Below are positions 58,645 through 64,000 of a stretch of 64,000 nucleotides of DNA, one piece after another; the stretch's first letter is position 1, and the number at the start of each line of letters is the position of its first letter. Position numbers and translations under genes: made by a program. The DNA is from a virus, in IMG/VR virus record IMGVR_UViG_3300046323_000234; one strand, written 5' to 3'. Below the pieces are notes generated by a model. It had not been told where the DNA came from, searched no databases, and saw only the letters and a program-made list of their open reading frames with translations.

Positions 58645-59865
58645 ATGGAAGATAATATAATATACAAAATTTATGGATTATATGCTTTAGATGATGAATC
58701 TAAAATAATTAGATATGTTGGATATACAAAAAGAACGATTAAAAAAAGATTATCATCACATATTCACCAATCCAAAGAACGTGATACACATAAAGATCGA
58801 TGGATAAGAAAAAATAATCGTAATATTGATGTTATATTAATTGAAGATAATATAAATACGTATGAATTGGTTTTAGAACGTGAAATATATTGGATTGATT
58901 ATTATAAGAAAATTGGGAATGATTTAGTAAATAGTACTGCTGGTGGTGATGGCACTAAAGGTAGATCACCATCAATGGCTGAACGTGAGCGTTCTAGAAA
59001 GTTAAATTTAGGTAAAAAATTATCTGAAGAACATAAAGCTAAAATAGGTAAGTCACATAAAGGTAAAATACTATCATTAGAACATAAGCAAAAATTAAAA
59101 GATAAAAAACAAAATGTTAGTGATGAAACCAAACAGAAAATGTCGATTATGGCCGTTAGGAGATTTTTGAGAGAGAAAAATATATTTGTTGATGATTTAT
59201 TAAATGATGAAATAGTTCACATAAAACAATTAATAATTGAATATGATAATTTAATAAAACAATTGGTAAAAACCCCAAATGATGATATCGAGTTTTATAA
59301 AAATAAGAATTTTGAAAATAAATTAAATTATGAATTAAAAAAATCCGAAGAGTATAAATTAGGAATTTTAACAAATAATGCAATAGCAATAAAAATAAAA
59401 GAAGATAAATTAAATATAATCAGAGAGAGAGAATTAAAAAAGAATTTTTTAATTCAAGAAAAAATTAATAAACAGCAATTAATTAAAACCGAAAGAGAAT
59501 TAAAGAAACAAAAAGAATATGAATCCAGACAAAAATTAATTGATTCGGGTGATCTATATCAAATGGTTAATTCACTTGGTAAATTGATTTGGGTTAGAAA
59601 AACGTCTGAACAAACCAAACAAAAACTTAGAGAAGCTAATCTTGGTAAGAAATATAGTGAAGAAACAAAAAGAAAACATTCTGAAACCAATTTTAGGATT
59701 AGAAATGGTAAAAAGGGTGTAAAATTAACCGAAGGTGATATTAGAGAAATTAGAAGATTATGCGATAATGAGAAAACAACTAAAGAATTGACAGAAATAT
59801 ATAATATGGATTATTCAACAATCAGAAAAATAGTCCTAAGAAAATTATGGTCAGACATTAAATAA
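58645..59865 (+). CDS. Free-standing GIY-YIG (Seg-like) homing endonuclease with NUMOD3 repeats and C-terminal HTH
   Basis: IYGL...YVGYT...RL..H, EREIYWI, NSTAGGDG; GKKLSEEHKAKIGKSHKGK repeats; KLTEGDIREIR...YSTIRKIV...W. Confidence 0.88.
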   Translation: MEDNIIYKIYGLYALDDESKIIRYVGYTKRTIKKRLSSHIHQSKERDTHKDRWIRKNNRNIDVILIEDNINTYELVLEREIYWIDYYKKIGNDLVNSTAGGDGTKGRSPSMAERERSRKLNLGKKLSEEHKAKIGKSHKGKILSLEHKQKLKDKKQNVSDETKQKMSIMAVRRFLREKNIFVDDLLNDEIVHIKQLIIEYDNLIKQLVKTPNDDIEFYKNKNFENKLNYELKKSEEYKLGILTNNAIAIKIKEDKLNIIRERELKKNFLIQEKINKQQLIKTERELKKQKEYESRQKLIDSGDLYQMVNSLGKLIWVRKTSEQTKQKLREANLGKKYSEETKRKHSETNFRIRNGKKGVKLTEGDIREIRRLCDNEKTTKELTEIYNMDYSTIRKIVLRKLWSDIK

Positions 59866-59866
59866 C

Positions 59867-62862
59867 ATGCAATCAAATATAATTTGGCTCAACACAATAC
59901 ATTATGAATGGTATTCACAGCTTGTTCCAACAAACATTGAATCATGTGATTATGTGAAAGATATTTTAACTGTAATTATAAATGATAACTTTGAATATAA
60001 AGAACTCCAACAATTATCTTATTTTGAAAAGATTAATTATTCTAGGGGGTGTAGATTTATAAATAAATCATTAAATTTCTATATAAATGCAATATAACAT
60101 AGCTTGTAAATATATATTGGATATACATCAATTAATAATTAATAATCTAACAGTTGAAGAAATTGATTTGTTTGAAGATGATTATCAACCCGATGGTAAA
60201 TATAAATATTATCCATTTTTTACAATTTCTAAAATATTGTATAGTGAACATACCTATTATGCTGGAATGCAGACAACATATATATTTAAATTATATGATA
60301 TAGAATGAAGAAGCCTTGTAAATATATATTAGAAATTCATCAATTAATTGTTGATAATCTAATAGATATTGAAATATTTGGATTGGATGAAACACTGGAT
60401 AAATATTATTTATCCTCAAGTGAATTACCATCAATCCATATAAGCAATATTGAATATATATGGAAATTTAATAATGGCATCTATTTAGGTGTTAAACAAA
60501 AATAAGAACATGAAGCCTTGTAAATACATAATAGACATACATTCAAATATCGTTACTAATCATTTCATTGATGAAGAATTTATTGGCATTAAAAATAAAT
60601 ATCATTGGGTAGAAGATCAAATTATTTGCGATTATATTTTTGATTGTGGAATAATATATAGATATAATTGGACAACGAATGAATTAACATTAACAACATA
60701 TGAATAAAGTTTGTAATCACATATTAATAATACACTCTACAATTGTAAAAACATTTTTGCAAGATGATTTTAAGGAATTAAAATGCAACAGTGAAACATA
60801 TTACGATATGAACATAAAATCAATTGTCGTTAATTATTGGTTTAAATCATTGGATATAAGATATAAATATTATTACAACAGCGAATTAGTTTCACTAAGA
60901 TCACCAGATATTATAAAATGATAAACAACATAGAGAAAACAATATATATGAAACATTCTCATAATTCAAATCTAAGATTGCACATGGAATCTGAATGTTG
61001 TTTTTATGTAAATGAAATTTTGCCAAATATATTAAAAAATATTACATTTATGGAATTGTCTGATTTTACATATTATAAAAATCATGCATATAAAAGATAT
61101 ATGAATAAATTAATTTATATTTATTAGTTATGAAACTTAAACCATCTTGTGATTATATATTAGAAATTCATGGTATTATTGTTAAAAATATAACAACAGA
61201 GGAATTATTTGATTTTGTTGACATAATATCACCAATCCTATATAGTCCAAATGATTTTGGATTAATTAAAAAATATTATTTTATGAAAATTGGATTAGTT
61301 TATGATAGAGAATTTGATTATGGTTAAACCATGTAATCATATATTAGAAATACATCAGTTAATTATTAATACATTATTAGATGATGAAATAAATGAATTA
61401 GCGGATGCACATTCACCAATCATAAATAATCCATATTTAAAAATGAATTATTGTTATTTCTTTTTCACAAAGTTTTATATCAAATACAGTAGAGAATTTA
61501 TATTTTAACAATGCAATATCAGGATAGACCATCGCAATATATTAAAGAAATTCATGATATGATTTATGGAAATCTAACCAAAGATGAATTATATGATTGG
61601 ATAAAATTATTAGAAACTGATCCAAGTTATTATGTACTGCCAATGTTTCAAAATGCAATTGATATTTATATTTTAAAATGTGATCATTTAGTATAACCAA
61701 TGAAACCAGCTTGTAAATATATATTAGAAATTCATCAATTGATTGTTGATAATTTATTGATTATTGATGAAGTATTACCACTATTTGATGGTAATTATAT
61801 TGGCGACTATAAATATTTAACATCAATTAGTTCAATCAAATATATAATATTAATTATTCCTTCAAGGAAATATATAATATACCAAACGAATGAATATTAA
61901 ATCAGCTTGTAATTATATATTAGAAATACATCAACAAATTATTGATAATATAACTATTGATGAGGTTAAGGAGATATGTACGATATTGAATGATGATATT
62001 CAGGTTACTAATTTTATATTAAAAGCCTATTACATCGAGATTTATCCAATCCAATATAGATTTAGTTGGAGAACGTTTAACTATAAACAACAATAAAATA
62101 ATGAGTAAATCTAGATTAATATACAAGTATTATTATTATGAGCATGAAACATGTTGTAATTATATAATTAAAATTGTTGATACTATTTTTGATAATATGA
62201 ATTATGCTGAAGTTAATGAACTTGTTCAAGAACGTAGATTATTAATGGATTGGGACATAACAAAAGAGAATGTATTTTTGATTTGTTATTTGCGTTATAT
62301 AGAAACAACATATCCGTTTTAATATGAAAGTTGCTTGTGACTACATATTGGAAATACATCAATTAATTGTCGATAATTTAACATCTGGCGAGATAGTATT
62401 ATTTATGTCAAGATTGGAAAAGATAAATGCTATTCAAAATCGGATATTATTATATCCAATCCAATATAAATATTTTTCACTAATTTCAGTGACAAATCAA
62501 AAAATTAAGATTGAATATGTTAAGACATTAATATATTAAACAAAATGCAATATAACATACCTTGTAAACATATATTAGAAATTCATCAATTAATTGTTGA
62601 TAATTTAACTGGTGATGAAATTTATAAAATAGCTGATGATGGTATTGAAATTCGTTTAGGGCAAAAACATTCATCAATATCATTAACAATAAATAATATA
62701 TATTATATTCCAGATAGTGTGTTTTGTAATTATGCAAAACAATTTAATATTAAAACCATAACAAATGAAGAAGAACAAAACAAAAACATTGCTGGTGGAT
62801 GCCACATATTTATTAAAAAGGTCATTAACTGGTTCAAAAAACACATACGTTGGTGGAGATAA
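59867..62862 (+). repeat. Tandem array of 14 CxYIxEIH micro-genes with ~200-bp period (starts 59867, 60087, 60305, 60510, 60700, 60918, 61130, 61320, 61511, 61700, 61890, 62101, 62324, 62545)
   Basis: Every ORF carries a variant of C-x-[YH]-[IV]-x-[ED]-I-[HL]-x-x-I-x-x-N-[LIF]-x-x-x-E. A 44-bp DNA core is nearly identical at 60315, 61710 and 62561. Confidence 0.92.
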
Positions 62863-63826
62863 TAATGTTGGTATTTATACATTCATAACTACATTAAGAA
62901 AATTAATTAATGAAACCAAAGTAAATAGGGTTGTATTATGTTGGGATGGTGAGAATTCTGGGAAGCGCAGATATTTGATTTCTAGCGACTACAAAGCCAA
63001 TCGAAAGGGAAAGAGTTGGTATAATAAAATTCAGTTAACTGAGGCTGAAATTAAGTACCTAGAAAGGGATAAACAATCAGAGCTATATCAAAAAGTTAGA
63101 ATACAAAACTATTGTGAGGAATTATTCATTAGACAAGTTGAGATTGACGAAGTTGAAGCTGATGATATGATTGCACAATACGTAATAAATTTTTCAGAGA
63201 TAGAAGATATTATTGTATACACAAATGATAAAGATTATATTCAATTATTAGATTATAACATATCTGTATATCTTAATTTTATTGGTTTAATAATTGATAA
63301 AAATGATTTCTTCATGCATTTTCCATATCATTATAAAAATTCATTAACCATTAAAATAATGTGTGGTGATAGTGGTGATAATGTAAAGGGAATTAAAGGA
63401 TTTGCTGAACCAACATTCATGTCTTTATTTCCAGATGCAAAAGATAAGCATTTAATGGTAAAGGATGTTATTAGATTGGCCAAACAAATCCAAAAAGATA
63501 GAATTGATAATAAGCAAAAACCATTAAAGGTTATTGAGAATATAATAAACGGAAAAGATATTTATATTTTAAATAAACAATTGGTGGATCTATCATCACC
63601 ATTATTAAATGAAGATGAGAAGAATATTATATTAGATTTAGCATTGCCATTAGATTCTGAAAATAGAGGTTCAAAAAATTTAATTAGATTAATGAATGAA
63701 GATAAATTTTTATCAAATTACAATGGAAATAGATCTGATTTCGCTTCATATGTTGAGCCATTTTATATTATAATCTCAAGTGAGAAAAAATTATTTGAAG
63801 AATATTCAAAAAATATAAAATATTAA
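62765..63826 (+). CDS. 5'-3' exonuclease/flap endonuclease (T4 RNase H or PolI N-terminal-like)
   Basis: LLVDA, CWDG, YKANR, EVEADDMIA, TNDKDYIQL, CGDSGDNVKGIKG. Confidence 0.93.
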   Translation: MKKNKTKTLLVDATYLLKRSLTGSKNTYVGGDNNVGIYTFITTLRKLINETKVNRVVLCWDGENSGKRRYLISSDYKANRKGKSWYNKIQLTEAEIKYLERDKQSELYQKVRIQNYCEELFIRQVEIDEVEADDMIAQYVINFSEIEDIIVYTNDKDYIQLLDYNISVYLNFIGLIIDKNDFFMHFPYHYKNSLTIKIMCGDSGDNVKGIKGFAEPTFMSLFPDAKDKHLMVKDVIRLAKQIQKDRIDNKQKPLKVIENIINGKDIYILNKQLVDLSSPLLNEDEKNIILDLALPLDSENRGSKNLIRLMNEDKFLSNYNGNRSDFASYVEPFYIIISSEKKLFEEYSKNIKY

Positions 63827-63827
63827 A

Positions 63828-63858
63828 TTGCGAGTTATATTAAAGTAGATTAGATTTG
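63828..63858 (+). promoter_or_regulatory. Bacteroidota-type promoter
   Basis: TTG-N20-TAGATTTG, exact TAnnTTTG match. Confidence 0.6.
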
Positions 63859-63890
63859 TATTATTAATTAAACCTATAAACAAAACAACA

Positions 63891-64000
63891 ATGTTACCAT
63901 TAACAAAAAGAGTAGAAAATAATTTTAAATTAGGAATTTATCTAGTAAACGAATCTGATTCTAACATTTCATCGGAAACAATTACGGAAAGAATTTTTTG
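63891..64000 (+). CDS. Partial ORF running off the window
   Basis: MLPLTKRVENNFKLGIYLVNESDSNISSETITERIF... stays open to the edge. Confidence 0.55.
   Translation, partial: MLPLTKRVENNFKLGIYLVNESDSNISSETITERIF

Noticed and set aside
254-59389. Many short antisense or alternate-frame ORFs nested in long genes (e.g. 1763-2230, 43015-43377, 53018-53281)
   Set aside because: Shadow ORFs of biased codon usage with no motifs or expression signals.
59867-62862. CRISPR array interpretation of the ~200-bp periodic repeat
   Set aside because: Spacers are ~150 bp and are open reading frames in frame with the repeat, repeats vary at synonymous positions, and no cas genes are visible.
59867-62862. Diversity-generating retroelement
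   Set aside because: No reverse transcriptase in the window and no template/variable pair differing only at adenines.
1-64000. Stop-codon reassignment as in some jumbo phages
   Set aside because: Conserved genes are full length in the standard code, and TAG and TGA both end genes at sensible positions.
1-64000. Eukaryotic giant virus origin suggested by glycan genes and the F-box-like spacing
   Set aside because: Overlapping operonic genes, a sigma factor, baseplate and tape measure genes, gp32/UvsX and intrinsic terminators indicate a bacteriophage.
1-64000. tRNA, rRNA, introns or inteins
   Set aside because: No cloverleaf, rRNA-like or splicing motifs were recognised by eye; the GIY-YIG gene is free-standing after an intact uvsX. 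A tRNAscan/Infernal run would be needed to exclude them.

Overview
Very AT-rich (roughly three-quarters A+T by eye), densely coding, standard genetic code. The window looks like part of a large T4-like or jumbo myophage genome. Four TTG-N20-TAnnTTTG promoters suggest a Bacteroidota host (inference). Layout: 1-10.4 kb, minus strand, holds a gp5-like spike, a gp55-like late sigma factor, two glycosyltransferases, an M14 hydrolase, ClpP and PhoH. 10.6-17.9 kb is a virion appendage module. 18.5-19.8 kb is IMPDH/GMP reductase. 19.9-27.4 kb holds baseplate hub, tape measure, an OmpA-domain protein and a LysM-like wedge protein. 27.4-47.4 kb is a ~20 kb glycan biosynthesis island (gmd, two fcl/colC-like reductases, a ColD-like dehydratase, a DegT aminotransferase, GT2/GT10/GT11/GT25, methyl- and acetyltransferases). 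45.4-51 kb is a small-ORF region carrying integron attC-like sites. 52.7-55.5 kb holds late head-type genes. 55.8-64 kb is the replication block (gp32-like SSB, UvsX, GIY-YIG nuclease, 5'-3' exonuclease). Best candidates for new biology: (1) a ~23-gene micro-protein family with a constant CxYIxEIHxxIxxNLxxxE module and variable tails, 14 of them in one tandem array; (2) an attC-like gene-cassette array inside a phage; (3) phage-encoded GDP-fucose/colitose glycosylation with a possible [ST]GxT acceptor motif on virion proteins. All calls come from reading motifs by eye; no database searches were run.
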